The notes: a model not told the origin generated them from the letters alone. A stretch of DNA of 64,000 bases from Camelus dromedarius (GCF_036321535.1 NC_087437.1:106580001-106644000); one strand, 5' to 3'; numbered from the stretch's first letter, positions 51,380 to 64,000 are shown. Numbers and translations are program-made.

Positions 51380-51583
51380 GCCGCCGGTGAGCTGCGCCCG
51401 CTCCGCCGGGGAGGGGCCTGCGTCCCCGGCGCCCACAGGTGCGGCGCCCCGGCTCCCCTCCGCTCCCCGCGCGCCTCGCCCGCCGCCGGCCGCCTGGCCC
51501 CGCGAGCGGTGGGACGGAGAGTCTGGGGCCCGGAGAGGGACGGTGCAGTATCAGGGGAAGGTGAGTCGTAGGACGTTTGAGCT

Positions 51584-51597
51584 CCAGAAAAGTCGGG
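51584..51597 (-). promoter_or_regulatory. Putative heat-shock element, orthologous to the human APP HSE
   Basis: CCCGACTTTTCTGG at about -300 to -310; human CTCGACTTTTCTAG recalled near -317. Confidence 0.55.
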
Positions 51598-51624
51598 AGC
51601 GCTCCCCGCTCGTTCCCGTGAGCT

Positions 51625-51631
51625 TGACTCA
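51625..51631. promoter_or_regulatory. Consensus AP-1 site TGACTCA (distal APP AP-1 element)
   Basis: Perfect TGACTCA at -339 to -345, the region of the described human distal AP-1 site. Confidence 0.75.
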
Positions 51632-52816
51632 TCCGACCCCGCAGGCCTCGCGGGGGTGCCTTTTTATAAAGCGCTGCTGCGGGGTGCGTTTTTATCCGCA
51701 TTCCGTTTTTTGTCTCGGTTTGGAGAGGTGGGGGGAGGTGTTTCTGGAAGAGAATGGGAACAAGGCAAGCTTAAAGGAAATAGGATCCCTTTGCTCGTTG
51801 GGAGAGCAAAAAAACCTCATTTTTTTTTTTCCGTCAAAAGCAGCCACGAGCAACCTGGAATTTCTATCTTTAGACCGAACCGAAGGAGCAGGGCGCCGGA
51901 CCCGGAGAAGAAGCGGCGACCTATTTACTTCTCCTTGAAAAAAAGGTTGTTTTCTTTTAAATTTTTGTTTATTTGTTGTCTTTTTTGTTTTTGTTTTGAG
52001 AAGGGGATGTCATCAGGGATTTTTTTATCAGACAGGAATGTAATCTGAGATGCGGGTGAAGTAAAAGTTAAGAGGGAAGGGGTCTGGAAAGATGACCGAC
52101 CCCCATACCTCAGAACTTGTGACCTCCAACTCCGTCCTTGTGCTTCCTTGTGTCTGTCCTAAATTACAGAAGTGAAACTTCTGGGAAGCCACCTTCTCCT
52201 AAACACACACCGTCCAATGCCGAGTTAGTGCCCAGTGAGTCTAGAATGGTCTAGAACTGCCCAGATGTATCCCCTGCTGTTGATCTGAAGGAGCAGGTGT
52301 CTCTGAGCCACAGTCCACAGTGGGCCTGGTGGGATGGAATGAAGCCACAGACTCTGGCCCTGGGCTCATGGCTCGGCCAAGGAGGATGCAGACTTCCTTC
52401 CCGAGATGTCAGCGTTTCTCTGCCAGCTTCTCTAGATGTCTCCTGCCTTTACCCCCTCTAAGCATCCAAGCCTGATCCCTGGGTTGCTTTTTCCCCTGAA
52501 TGACCTTTGAATGTCCTCAACAAATAATGACAAATACTTTTTACCGCGAATTATTTGTTTAACATGCTTTAAGTCATTTACTTCCTACCAAAACCAATGA
52601 GGCCCCTACTGTTACTATTTACGTTGAGAAGTGAGGAAGCTGCCGAGAGGGAACTTCTCGCAAAGCTGACAGCGGTTGGGACTGCAGAGAAATGCCCAAG
52701 TGACAGCAAAACCCAGTTGCTTCCAAACATTTAGGCACCACCACAATTCCCTCTGCCCAAGGTTTGTAGGAGCAATTGAATGCAGAGAGGAGTTTGACTC
52801 AAAGACGGGAAAGGAG

Positions 52817-52971
52817 CAGGACCAACTCTTAAATTTTACAGGGTCCAGTGCAAAATGAAAAGATGGGACCTTTTGTTCCAAAATTAAGAATATTTAACCA
52901 AGAATAGGGTCCTTCTGAGCACAACAGGACTCTGTGACCACACCGATTGTGTGCCCATGAAGTCAGTCCTG
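52817..52971 (-). mobile_element. MER45A-like hAT-Tip100 MITE, ~1.5 kb upstream of the TSS
   Basis: caggacc...gggtccagtgcaaaatgaaa...gcccatgaagtcagtcctg is the reverse complement of MER45A; imperfect 8-bp flanks gaaaggag/ggagggag. Confidence 0.8.
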
Positions 52972-53991
52972 GGAGGGAGGAAGCAATTTTTAAGAGTAAG
53001 GGACTTTTACTGAGCACAGAATTCGGAAATACAGAGGTGAGGTTATAATCTATGAAAATAAAAGTTCTTAGATTTGGCACTTTCCCTTCCCCCTGTTGAA
53101 ACGCACCGCAGTCACCATCCCTGGAGAAGATGTTCCGTGGGGGTGATGAGTTGCTGACTGTGTCAGAGTGATGGACGTTCTTTACATTTTCTCCTGTTTC
53201 ATCACCACTCAGAGAGCCTGATGGTGTTTAATTTTCAGCCACTATCGCTGTTCTGTGTTTAATGCCATTTCCTGCCCCGAGGTGTCTTCAGGATCCTCTG
53301 AGCAGTAAATAGGAGAACATCTCTAGTTGGAACTCAGCACTGGAGAGGGGACTGAGCACCCATTGGCTGGAATCTCCACAACATTCCCAGCCTAGACCTA
53401 AATGCCTCGGCTTGGGAGGCATCCCCTAACTCCTCAGACAGTGCATTCTGTCTTCTGGCTGTTCTGGTTACTAGAAAGCTCTTACCCCACTGAAAGCCCA
53501 CATCCCGTCCCTTTCACCTCGCACCCAGAGGTCCTTGTTGTACATCTGTGGCCAAGCCAAACAAGTCTTTTCCACGTCACAGATCTTCACATATTTGCCA
53601 ACAGCTTTCACGCTGCTCCTGCCTCCAGAGTCCTCTTTTTGCACAGTAACACAGGCACGTCATTCAACAGGTGCACACGTGGCACAGTGGAACCTGTTTC
53701 TGGTTCCTGCCACACCCTGGCTGTTCTCTAAATGCATTCTGATTTGTCTGTGTGTGTGTGTGTGTGTTTTACAGTCCTCCAAGAGTGCTGTGGCCACTGC
53801 AGCATGGAGGAGTCTCTTGTCCACCTCACTCTGCAGGTTAGTGTTGCATTGGATTGGATGGGTTCAGGTTGGTCACATTTGCTGCTGAATCTCCCCTCTA
53901 TTTGATGCAGAGTACTGCTGAGCCACATCTCTTGTCATCTTGTGTTTAAGGTGTTGTCTGTGCCATGCAAATATCACCAAAAGCAGTCTTA

Positions 53992-55200
53992 TTTTTTGTT
54001 GAGGTATAGTTGATGTGCAATATTATATAAGTTTTAGAAGTACAATATAGTGATTCATAATTGGTAAAAGTTATATTCCATTTATAATTGTTATAAAATA
54101 TTGGCTGCATTCCCTGTGTTGTGCAATACATCCATATAGCTTATTTACTTTATACATATTAGTTGGTACCTCTTAATCTCCTTCCCCTACCTTGCCCTTC
54201 CTCCCTCCCCTCTCCCCACTGGTAACCGCTTGTTTGTTCTCTATATCTGGGAGTCTGTTTCTTTTTTGTTATATTCATTGGGTTGTTTTATTTTTTTAGA
54301 TTCCCCATATAAATGATATCATACAGAATTTATCTTTCTCCATCTGACTTATTTCACTTAGCATACTATCCTCCGAGTCTATCCATGTTGTTGAAATGGC
54401 AAAATTTCATTCTTTTTATGACTGAGTAGTATTCCATTGAATATATACATCACATCTTCTTTATCCGTTCATCTGTTGATGGACACTTACGTGGCTTCCG
54501 TGTGTTTGTAATTGTAAATAATGCTGCTATGAACATTGGGGTGCCTGTATCTTTTTGAATTAGTGTTTTCATTTTTGGGGGTATACACTCAGGTATGATG
54601 TTGTTAGCTTATATGGTAGTTTTATTTTTGGTTTTTTGAGAAACCTCCATACTGTTTTCCACAGTGGCTACACCAATTTACATTCCCACCAGCAGTACGC
54701 GGGTTCCCTTTTCTCTGCATCCTTCTCAACATTTATTTGTATTCTTTTTGATGGCAGCCATTCTGATAGTCGTGAGGGTGTATCTCCTGGTAGATTTAAT
54801 TCTCATTTCTCTGATGAGTAACCATGTTGAGCATCTTTTCATATGCCTGTTGGCCATCTGTATATCTTCTTAGGAAAAATGTCTATACAGGTCTTCTGCC
54901 CATTTTTTAATCAGATTTTTTTTTTGACGTTGAGTTGTATGAGCTGTTTATATATTTTGAATATTAACCCCTTATCTGTCATATCATTTGCAAATGTTTT
55001 CTCCCATTTAGTAGGTTATCTTTTTATCTCGTTAATGGTTTCCTTTGCTGTGCAAAAGCTTCTAAGTTTAATTAGGTCCAATTTGTTTATTTTTGCTTTT
55101 ATTTCCTTTGCTTTAGAAGACAGATCCAAAAAAAAATATTGCTACAATTTATGTCAAAGAGTATTCCACATATGTTTTTTTCTATGAGTTTTCTGATTTC
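53992..55200 (-). mobile_element. 1.2-kb 5'-truncated L1 with perfect 17-bp TSD
   Basis: Antisense L1 ORF2 end and 3' UTR. TSD caccaaaagcagtctta at 53975-53991 and 55201-55217. Confidence 0.95.
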
Positions 55201-55239
55201 CACCAAAAGCAGTCTTAGTCTAGGCCAGAAGGTGAGCTC

Positions 55240-55623
55240 TGTGTTCTTCTGCTAGGGATACGATAACCAAATACCACCGTCTGGGTGGTTTAAACAACAG
55301 AAATTTATTTTCTAACGATTTTGGAAGCTAGAAGTCCATGATCAGGGTGTCCATGGGGTTGATTTCTGTGGCCTCTCTCTTTGGCTTGTACATGGCCATT
55401 TTCTCCCTGTGTCTTCACATGGTCTTCCCTCTATGTGAGTCTGTGTCCTCATCCTCTCCTCCAAGGGCGCCAGTGGTATTGGATTAAGGCCCACCCTAAA
55501 GACCTCATTTTGACCTAATTACCCCCTTTAAAAGCTCCATCCCCAAATACAGTCACATCCTGAGGTTCTGAGAACTAGGCTTCAACATATAAATTTGGGT
55601 TGAATGCAATTCAGTCCATAACA
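55240..55623 (-). mobile_element. MLT1A/MLT1A0 MaLR solo LTR
   Basis: ctgggtggtttaaacaacagaaatttattt...ccaaatacagtcacatcctgagg...attcagtccataaca. Confidence 0.9.
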
Positions 55624-56734
55624 GGACCCCTAAAATTATTATTTTCACATTTAAGCTACCCTCCAATCCATCCTTGAGAGTGGATTCCTTCCACCTTTTA
55701 TTCACATCCTTTTGAAACCAGCGCAAGTCCTAGGTAACCAGCGTGATTTCTTTAGCTGCCTCCTGGTTGAATGTTTGGGTAACTTGGCTACTCCAGACTT
55801 CCAATCATGTTGTAAATTGTGGTACCTTCCATAGAGGTGCTGCCTTGCCGAGTAGTAGCTGTGATGACAGACACTGTGACATTTTTGAGAGTTTCACATG
55901 CTTCTCAGCTGCGTTCTCTTCTTGAGCCACGTGCCGATTCCTCTTTGTAGACCAGAAGTAGATCTTGAGTTGCTTTCACTCTCATCTCTTTTTACCTTTT
56001 CTAAGACAGAGGGCATCGTATATTTCTTCATCTTGACTGCAGCCTTCAGTATCTACGGGAAGTCTAAACTGTAAATAGCATTCAAGTTTTCATAATAAAA
56101 TTCTTTCTTCCAATGGTGCATGCAGATTTTCACATGATAAGGTTTCCTTCTTTCTTCTTGATGAATAAACATAAGGAAAATTATAAATGAATAGTTAGCA
56201 CTTAATGTACTTACGTTTAACTGTACACATCTAACGGACCTTCCTGTAAACAAAGGATGTGGCATTTTGTTCTCCCTGTTTCTTAAGTTACCGCTTCATT
56301 TATGAGTCTTTACTTCAGTGGTGCATCTGTGAAGTGTTCATTTATCTTCAAACAATACAAGGGCTTTAAAATTATTCCTCTGCAATCACTGCACAAAACT
56401 ACTTCAGAGACACCCTTCAGTTCAAGTAACAGACAGTGTGCCAATGAGCTTAGTGCAGTCAGTCCGTGGGACAATAATATTGAATGTTAAGCCACAGACC
56501 ACTTTTGGTAGCTGGTTTACATAACTTGTTTGAAGAACGTTGGTAATTCCAAGGTCACCGCAAAGACTAATTTAAAAGAATATTCTTATATTTTATGGAA
56601 TGAAAAGGAGGGAGAAAAAAATAGACCATGCATGCCAACCCCAGAGGTAGGAAGTGTGAAAACCAACCCAGCAGCAGGGAGGTTTAAAGAAGGCCATGCA
56701 CACATTTGCTTCTTCAGAGAACTTTGATGATAAG

Positions 56735-56910
56735 GCAGCGTCGTGCCATGGTGGTAAAGGACTCAGGCCTTGGGAAACCTTGGCCACTACATACCAGCTT
56801 TGGATGTACTTGTGAAACCTACCAGCGCCTTCATTTCTGAAAATGCGTCCCCTCATGTCACAGGTGGTATGACAAACTGAGAAGGTACCTAGCACAGTAC
56901 TTAGCTTAGT
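56735..56910 (+). mobile_element. MIR
   Basis: gccttcatttctgaaaatgcg...gaaggtacctagcacagtacttagc. Confidence 0.55.
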
Positions 56911-58023
56911 CCTCTCTTCTTGAGAGAACAGAAATTCACAATAGCTGTCACCTGAGTGACCAGGATAGGCCTGACTTTGACCATGTGTTGATTTTGCCAG
57001 GAGCTGTCCCTGAGCACAGTGACTCTCAACCCAGCGTTACTTTGGTGGGTCCCCAGGTAATGAGTTGCTAACAAAAGTTCCCGATTTGTGAGTGATTAGC
57101 TTTTTTGACACATCAATAAGACCAGACTCAAGGTTACCCTTTTATCAGGCTACTCCTTTGGAGTCCAGTAATGTAGAATTAGGCAACAGGCTAAGAATTA
57201 GGAAGAGCCCCCACCACTCCCAAGGACATGTGTCTGGTATGTGAAAGACAGGCATCCTGTCTGCAGATGTCACAGTGCTTGAAAAGGCTGCTTGACAGAG
57301 GTGCTGAGAGGATTACACGGGGCTGGCCACCTCCTGTAGATGGGAGGACCGACCACATCACCTGGTGGGGAAGACTCACTCCCAGGGCGGGAAGGTGCAG
57401 CTCTCACCGGGACTGCATGGCCTGGGGCCATTGCCAGTGCTCAACACTGATAACAATGAGGCTGAGAGAGGTTGTGCTCCAAGATGGCCAGACCTCTTTG
57501 TCTCCACATAGACCATACCGAGGGGCTGTCCTCTGCCTTCTCTTTAAAAAGAGCGAAGTTCTACACTCTCGGATGAGTAACTCAACTTTCAGAATCCTAG
57601 TGAAGGCTGTAGCCAGAGATGTGTTACCTAAACCTTAAACGATTGGGGGGAAATTCCAGGCAGACGAGCCCGAAGAATTCATGAGCACGTTTTATAAATA
57701 AACAGCATCTTGGGTGACAAAACTAACACACAAATCAGCTACCAAATAAACAAAAACTTCACAGTCATCTGGTATACAACCTTGTCCTTAAATAGCATTC
57801 AACTTTGCTATATCCAACTTTGCTCTCTCCCTCAATTAACGTTTTCTGTCCTATGTGTAGTTTATTCTGGTTAAAGTAAATAGAACTCCTAGGAATGAAA
57901 GTGTTTAGTATTAGTGGATCAGTCAGAAGTTTTTACACTTCCACTGCGGGCAGAGTGAAAAACTGATACGTTCACTCCCTGAAAGAGCTTGTGTTTACAT
58001 GAGAAAGCTGTCTGGGGAGGAAA

Positions 58024-58245
58024 GTATAGTGAATGGTGAATATCGTTACTTGAAATTTGCTGAGAGAGGAGATCTTGAAAGTTCTCATCACAAGATTAAC
58101 ATGTTGTAGCTATGGTGGTGAAAGATGTTAACTAAACTTATTATGGTGATCACTTCACAATATATACATATGTTGAATCATGATGTTGTATACTTAAAAC
58201 TAATGCAATTTTATATGTCAATTATATCAATTAAAGTTTTTTAAA
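58024..58245 (+). mobile_element. L1MA9-like 3' end
   Basis: acttgaaatttgctgagagaggagatcttgaaagttctcatcaca...gatgttaactaaactta...tatgtcaattatatc. Confidence 0.85.
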
Positions 58246-61200
58246 AGGCATAGTAAAAACTATACATCAGTAAGTACAACTTGGTATAAAGTATTTGTGT
58301 GTATATATGTGAATTCATCAGAAGGAAATTAGAATCACAGACCTGGAGCACTAGAAAGAGGTAACTGGGGACACCAGGAAAAGATTTTTTTTTCCCCCCG
58401 CAGGGAATTTGACAGTAACCATGAAAAGAAAAGGGGGGCGAAAATGAGAATGTTTAAGGAAGGACCGCGTAAACACAGCAGTGATGTTCATGGTGGGGCT
58501 GGTAAGCGGGAGTTAGCTGTGGGGCACGTGTTAGGTTTGAGGAGCTGAGGAAGTTAGGGCGGATGGAGCGGGCAGTAGTAGCTCACCATGGGTTTCCTGA
58601 CCCATCTGACTCATTCTAACATTTCGAGAGAAAAATCTGTCAGTGCGGGAGCTGTAGGGAAATTTGGAGGATGAAAAAGTTGGGATGAGGAAGAGCGGAG
58701 AGAAAGGAATGCCAGAGATTCCAGGTACAAACAGAACATTTGTGAAGACGTCATGGTGGGACCCTTCTGACTAATCCGGCGTAAGGATCGCCGTGTGCCA
58801 AGCTGAGGACTTTACACACAGGGTCTCACTGAATACTTGTGAGTTGTGTTGGGGTGCCCCTCCGTGTCACCAACGAGGAGGCTGAAGAGGTTAACTCAGC
58901 CAGATAGGGATGGAGGAGGGAGAGTTTGTTCCCACTTCTGTCTCACTTGGACGTCATTGATTATGCTGTTTTTAAATTGAGGGAAATAATAAATGAGATT
59001 TTTAGTTTGTTTTTATTTAAGAATCAGAAATACATACAATAAGAAGTACCTTAAATATGGCCAATACAAACTGAAGGGAAGGCAGGTGAGAGATGAAAGT
59101 CGGAGACGTGGCTGTGGTCGTTGTCTGTGATAATTGATGATTTACCCCTAAAAGATGACTAGTGGACGATTCCGATGAAGTTTAACGTGATATTACAAAA
59201 AGGAAGATCCGTTTTTGTGTTGACTTATAGGAACCAAGTAGGCACTTGGAGATTAACTATTTGTCAAATGAACCCTAGATACCTCTGTAAATACAGTATT
59301 AGAATGAAGTGTTATATTTCTATCTCAAGATTATTTTCCAGTGTATGAATGCATTGAAATAATACTTATTTAAAAATGAAGAATAATGTCTTCTAGCACA
59401 ATTTCCAAACCATGTACCTTGGAACCCTAATAGAGTAGTATGTTACTAAGTATTGCATACACACGTGAAAAGAGTTCTGTGATCAAATAAGTTTGAGAAA
59501 TAAGTGGTTAAATAAAACAAAACAAATATATGTATGTTTTTAAGAATGCCTCCAGCCCTTTAAGATGCTTCTGTACATTTTGAATTTTAAAGAGAGTGGC
59601 TCCTTAATATGGCATCCCTCCCTCTCCCCAGTTTTTGTTTTATTTACCACATCAACGCCTGGCACCAGGGTTGCACCAGAGCAAGCTTGAGGGAACTCTG
59701 CTTTGGAAGCATTTTAACAGACTCTTGGCTTTTAAATTTTTTTTTTTAAGGCCCTTGCAGAAGTGAAGGTTTATAGCGTGCATTTTTGCCAAAGCAGATG
59801 GGTTCTTTCCACTGAAAGGTGTTTCCACGCATGACCTTGAAGATAAATTAATAAAGGAAGAAAGTAGAAATATTAGACCGACAAACATTTTAAAGTAGGG
59901 CATAACAGATACCGTAAAAAGCATTCTGAAAGTTTAAAGTAGGAGTTAAAATGTGTGTTATGTGGAAGATACCGGATTAGAGTCTTTGAATATTTATACT
60001 AACAATGTAAAACTATATGACCAGCTTTTTCCCAGTTTGGAGGAGAAATGGGACAGAATCCAGTTCACGTCTGAGACTGCTTCTCTTTAAATTTTCTTGT
60101 GTAAAAAGGAGGAAGTATTGCTAACTTTACAAAGATAAGCCTCAGGATAAGACTTGAGTTTACTGCACTGCCTTTAATTTTTTGGGATAGGGACCCTAAA
60201 GAAGTGGCCAGGATCTCTAAACAGATGAACGAAGAGTTCCGGGGAGGAGAATTGAAGGAGACAGCTAAGGATTAACTTTAGAAGCTTTTACTGAAATTTT
60301 TTGTAAAGTACGCATGGAAAGCAAAGGCATAAGGAGATACAGAAAGCTCTCTTGGGTCAAAAAAAATAAATCCGAAATTTCCATAGTTTTTCTCTGTTAG
60401 TCCTCGCTGAAAAATTCATTTACTGCTAATGGCGTCAAGGGGCCCTGTCAGCCCTCATTATTGCACCAAAGGAAAACAAGGGAAAATTAGGGAGCCCAGC
60501 CTGAAAAGGATCATTGTCATTTCTGTTTTCCAACTATCAGTGAAAACAGGTTCTGTTGTCTCACCTCATGGGACCAAGAGTCCAAATAACCACCTTGTTC
60601 TGGTGAGTTTGCGAAGCCTAGTAAGAGATTCTGAGGAAATAAACAGGGGAACCATGCAGGCCCACTTCTGTTCTCAGAGGAAGAGTAAAATGAAATGGAA
60701 ATAAACAGGGAAGATGGTGAAAACAAAATTCTGGTTGTCAGAAAATTCTAGAATCCTAGCATCAACCTGGCTTAAATCTTGGAAAGTATCAAAATCAGTA
60801 CTGATTTTAGGCCCACCTACGAAAACAAGTCATGGATTTGCTTCAAGTCGATCAGACCATTTCAGTCTCAACTGCTTGGAATCTACTGGGAATTTTTGTT
60901 AAAAAATCAGATTCAGTCAACATTGTTTGACACTTTTCCACTAAAATTTCTAAACAGCCCCCAAAGCCCTGTGCAGGCCATGCCTCGGAGAGGGTTGACC
61001 AAGACGTTAGAAACTGAGCTGGCGTAACTCAAGTCCTTAATGCTGCCTCGTTAGTCCTGATAATTCAGCGCCTAGGAAACATCCATGAGAGATGTCTTTT
61101 CAGTCAAGAGGAAGAAGCTCAGGCAAGCACAGTGATGTGCGTTTGCTCACACTCCCCTTTGGAATGACTCTTCGGTGACAGTCATGCCGGGTCTCCTTGA

Positions 61201-61810
61201 ACCACAGCGCAGCACACCCCGCAGCTTAGCTAGTCCCTCCGGAGTGAGAAGTGGTTCTCTGTGTAAGTAGCAGTTTCTTCTGATTTTTCAAGCTTGGAGC
61301 CCTCTCACCTTTTCACACTTGAAGAGAAGATACTGGACGGCTGGCCCAGGGGAGCCATTTCTCTCATTTCTGAATCCCTCTGCAGAGGAAGAATTCCATT
61401 TAACATGATTCTCCTTCAGTCTGAACTTGCCCGGGTGCCTCCTCCCCCATCCCATAATACCCCGTGACTGCCTAAACTCTTTCATCTCCAGTCCTCTTCC
61501 AGTTCCTATGACTTGAAAAAGAACCTAGAATTGCAGTGTTTAGAACTGAAGGGATGTGGTGCCCATCTCTGCCAAGCCTTTAACTTAACGAGGACTCCCT
61601 GGTGACCCAGAGAAGGGAAGTGACTTGCCTACAGTCACGTGACTATTTATTGGCCAACCTTGACCCTCGTCTCCCTGATTTCCCATTCTCATTTCAGCTT
61701 GTGATGCTTCCCAGACCTGCCAGTCTCACCAGGCCTGACTCACGGAAACAGTGGGGCACTGAGACCGGCCATACTTTGTGATATTTTTCCTCATCTGAAA
61801 TCAGTTGATT

Positions 61811-61897
61811 GGAGGAGAGTCTCAGTGGTGGAGTGCATGCTTAGCATGCACCACCTCCTGGGTTCAATCCCCAGTACCACCATTAATAAATAAATAA
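61811..61897 (+). mobile_element. tRNA-Ala-derived camelid SINE (short copy)
   Basis: ctcagtggtggagtgcatgcttagcatgc...ctgggttcaatccccagtaccaccattaataaataaata. Confidence 0.88.
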
Positions 61898-62344
61898 TGT
61901 CAGTTTATCCTTCTAGAAACTTGGAGTCAGAACCCAACTCAAAACTCACGTTTGATCCTCTCATGAGCACAGGTGTCTTGCCTGCAGTATTCCTGAGAGA
62001 ATTATTTGGCTTCTGCTTCTTTATTTTCTGTTATTGGGAGCCATCTTCTGGAAACATAAACATTTCACTGGAACTTTTTTGTTGTTTTGAGCTAAAATTC
62101 ACCTTCTCTTCAATGCTGTCCTTTAGTCCAGCTCTGCCATATAGAGTAATGACACATGCACAGAGTGACTCTGTTGTCATCCACAGGACAAGCCTTCAGA
62201 AGTTTTCAATCAGTTATTCCCAGTGTTCCCTTAGGCCTCTCTTCTCTTTTCTAACCTAAAAATCTGATTTTCTAAGCGGTGGCTTACAGGATATCATTGC
62301 CAGATCCCTTATGATGACCTTCAGATGTATTTCTTTCTGCAAAT

Positions 62345-63570
62345 GAATGTATTCTATTTATCTATTCATTCAACAAATAGTTAATGAGTACCTACTAAGT
62401 GGAAGAAGATAAAAGAAAAACTAGTAAGTAACAAGAAAATATAGAGTGTGGTACATAGTGATACAGGCTATGGAAAAAAATTAAGCAGAATTAAGGGGAG
62501 ATGGAGAATATGTGTTTGGTTAGGAGGTCTGAGGCTTGGTAGAGGAATAACCTCACTGAAGGTGATGTTCGTGCAAACATATAAAGGAAATGAGAGAAGG
62601 GCTTGCAACTGTCTTGGGGCAAGGGGATTCCAACACAGAGAATAGCTCCCGAAGCAGGAGCGAGCCTGCCTGTTTGAAGAGCAGCAATATGGTGCTTGAG
62701 GCGCTAGGGGAGGGAAGGAGGGGGATCGCGATAGGAGGTGAGATCGGGAGGTTGTTAGCGGCTGAGCTGTGTCCTTACCTCCCCCACCCCCAGATTCATA
62801 TATTGAAGTCTTAATGCCCAGTACCTCAGAATATGACTGTGTTTGGAGATAGGGGCTTTACAGAGGTCATTAAGTTAAAATGAGATCTTCAGAGTGGGTT
62901 CTAATCCAGTGTGACTGGTGTCCTTGTAAGAAGAGGTTAAGACACAGACACACACAGACGGGAGGCCATGTGAAGACATGGGAAAGACGACCGTGTACAA
63001 GCCCAGGAGAGAGACCTCAGAAGAATCCAACCCTGGGGACACTTTGATCTTGGACTTCTAGCCTCAAGAACTGTGAGAAAATACATCTCTGTTGTTTAAG
63101 CCACTCACACTGTGGTACCGTGTTATGGCAGCTCTAGCAGACTAACGCAGAGGTGAAAAGGACCAGACAGTGCAGGACCTTGAAAACCACCGTGAGTCCT
63201 TTGAGTGCCGTAGGAGCCAGTGCGGGGCTCCCAGCAGAGTAAGAGCGTGATTTGGTTCATGTTTCAAAGGGATCACTCTGGCTTCAGTATAGAAAGGAGT
63301 CCATAAGGAGGCCAGGAAAGAAGGAGGAAAGTCAGGCAGGAGACTATTGCAAAAATTTACATGAGAGTGGGAGGTGGTGAGACGAGAAAAGTTTTGGAAT
63401 GTATTTTGAAGTTTGAGCCCAAATGACTTTCTCATGGATTGGATTTGTGATGTGAAAGAGAAAGGACTCAAGGATGACCCAAAGCTTTTGGCCATAGCAA
63501 CTGGAAGAATGGAGTTAACATGCACGGAGGTAGGAAACCCTGTAGCAGTGGCGAGTTCTAGAGGGGAGGA
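62345..63570 (-). mobile_element. L2 element interrupted by an MLT1A LTR
   Basis: attcattcaacaaatagttaatgagtacctact is the reverse-complemented L2 tail; aaagggatcactctggct...atggattggatttg follows the LTR. Confidence 0.8.
62753..63149 (+). mobile_element. MLT1A/MLT1A0 MaLR solo LTR
   Basis: tgttagcggctgagctgtgtcc...cccagtacctcagaatatgactgtgtttggagatagg...tgttatggcagctctagcagactaacgca. Confidence 0.92.
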
Positions 63571-63584
63571 CAGGTGTTAATGGG

Positions 63585-63872
63585 GAAAACAGATTTACAG
63601 TCATAGAAAAGAAACTTATGGTTACTGGGCGGAAAGAAAGGGGAGAGGGGTAAATTGGGAGTTCAGAATTTACAGATGTTACTCTATATATAATAGATAA
63701 ACAACAGGGTCCTACTGTATAGCACAGGGAACTCTATTCAATATCTTGTAATAACCTATAATGAAAAAGAATATGAAAAGGAATATCTATATGTATATGA
63801 CAGAATCACTATGCTGTACACTGGAAACTAGCACACCACTGTGAATCAGTGTACTTCAAACTAAAAAGAAAC
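63585..63872 (+). mobile_element. Camelid-type L1 3' end
   Basis: aaacagatttacagtcatag...cctactgtatagcacagggaactctattcaatatcttgtaataacc. Confidence 0.9.
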
Positions 63873-64000
63873 TTAAGGTGCCTACTCACCTTTGAGCTTG
63901 AAATACTGACTAGCTTGTTGAACGTGCGAATTTAGAATTAAAAGTTGTGGTCAGGGTAAAGATACAGATGGTACTGAATGAGCTCATTTAGGATGTGATC

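Larger units (their letters stand above)
49900..51950. promoter_or_regulatory. CpG island spanning the APP promoter, exon 1 and the start of intron 1
   Basis: Sharp rise in GC and CpG density against AT-rich, CpG-poor flanks; boundaries estimated by eye. Confidence 0.93.

Noticed and set aside
49842..51938. Long ORFs of 219 aa (-) and 274 aa (+), plus overlapping ones
   Set aside because: P/R/A/G-rich frames expected from stop-codon scarcity in a CpG island; no recognisable domain.

Overview
Mammalian genomic DNA holding the 5' end of APP (amyloid-beta precursor protein) on the minus strand. The species is most likely a camelid, judged from tRNA-Ala-derived Vic-1-type SINEs and the lack of pig PRE-1, ruminant BovA or primate Alu SINEs. 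Exon 1 encodes the signal peptide (MLPGLALVLLAAWTARALE; CDS 51132->51076, donor GAG|GTGGGT) and lies in a CpG island (~49900-51950). The classic TATA-less APP promoter elements sit at the human spacing: Inr, APBalpha/USF E-box at -42/-53, GC box, APBbeta/CTCF at -82/-93, HSE and AP-1. Bases 1-51075 are intron 1 (exon 2 was not found and presumably lies left of the window); 51300-64000 is upstream flank. The rest is mostly interspersed repeats (L1 3' ends, several with target-site duplications; L2; MIR; MaLR and ERV1 LTRs; hAT and Tigger MITEs; SINEs) and simple repeats. Best observations: an apparently non-coding orthologue of the human alternative APP first exon (MDQLEDLLVLFINY) at 23992-24032; a perfect antisense splice donor and bidirectional TATA-like element suggesting a divergent transcript; two candidate UG-repeat-flanked poison exons; a complete sense-oriented solo LTR; and a 39-bp direct repeat around a palindromic spacer. 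Human comparisons and repeat family names are recalled from memory, not looked up. No novel multi-gene system is supported.
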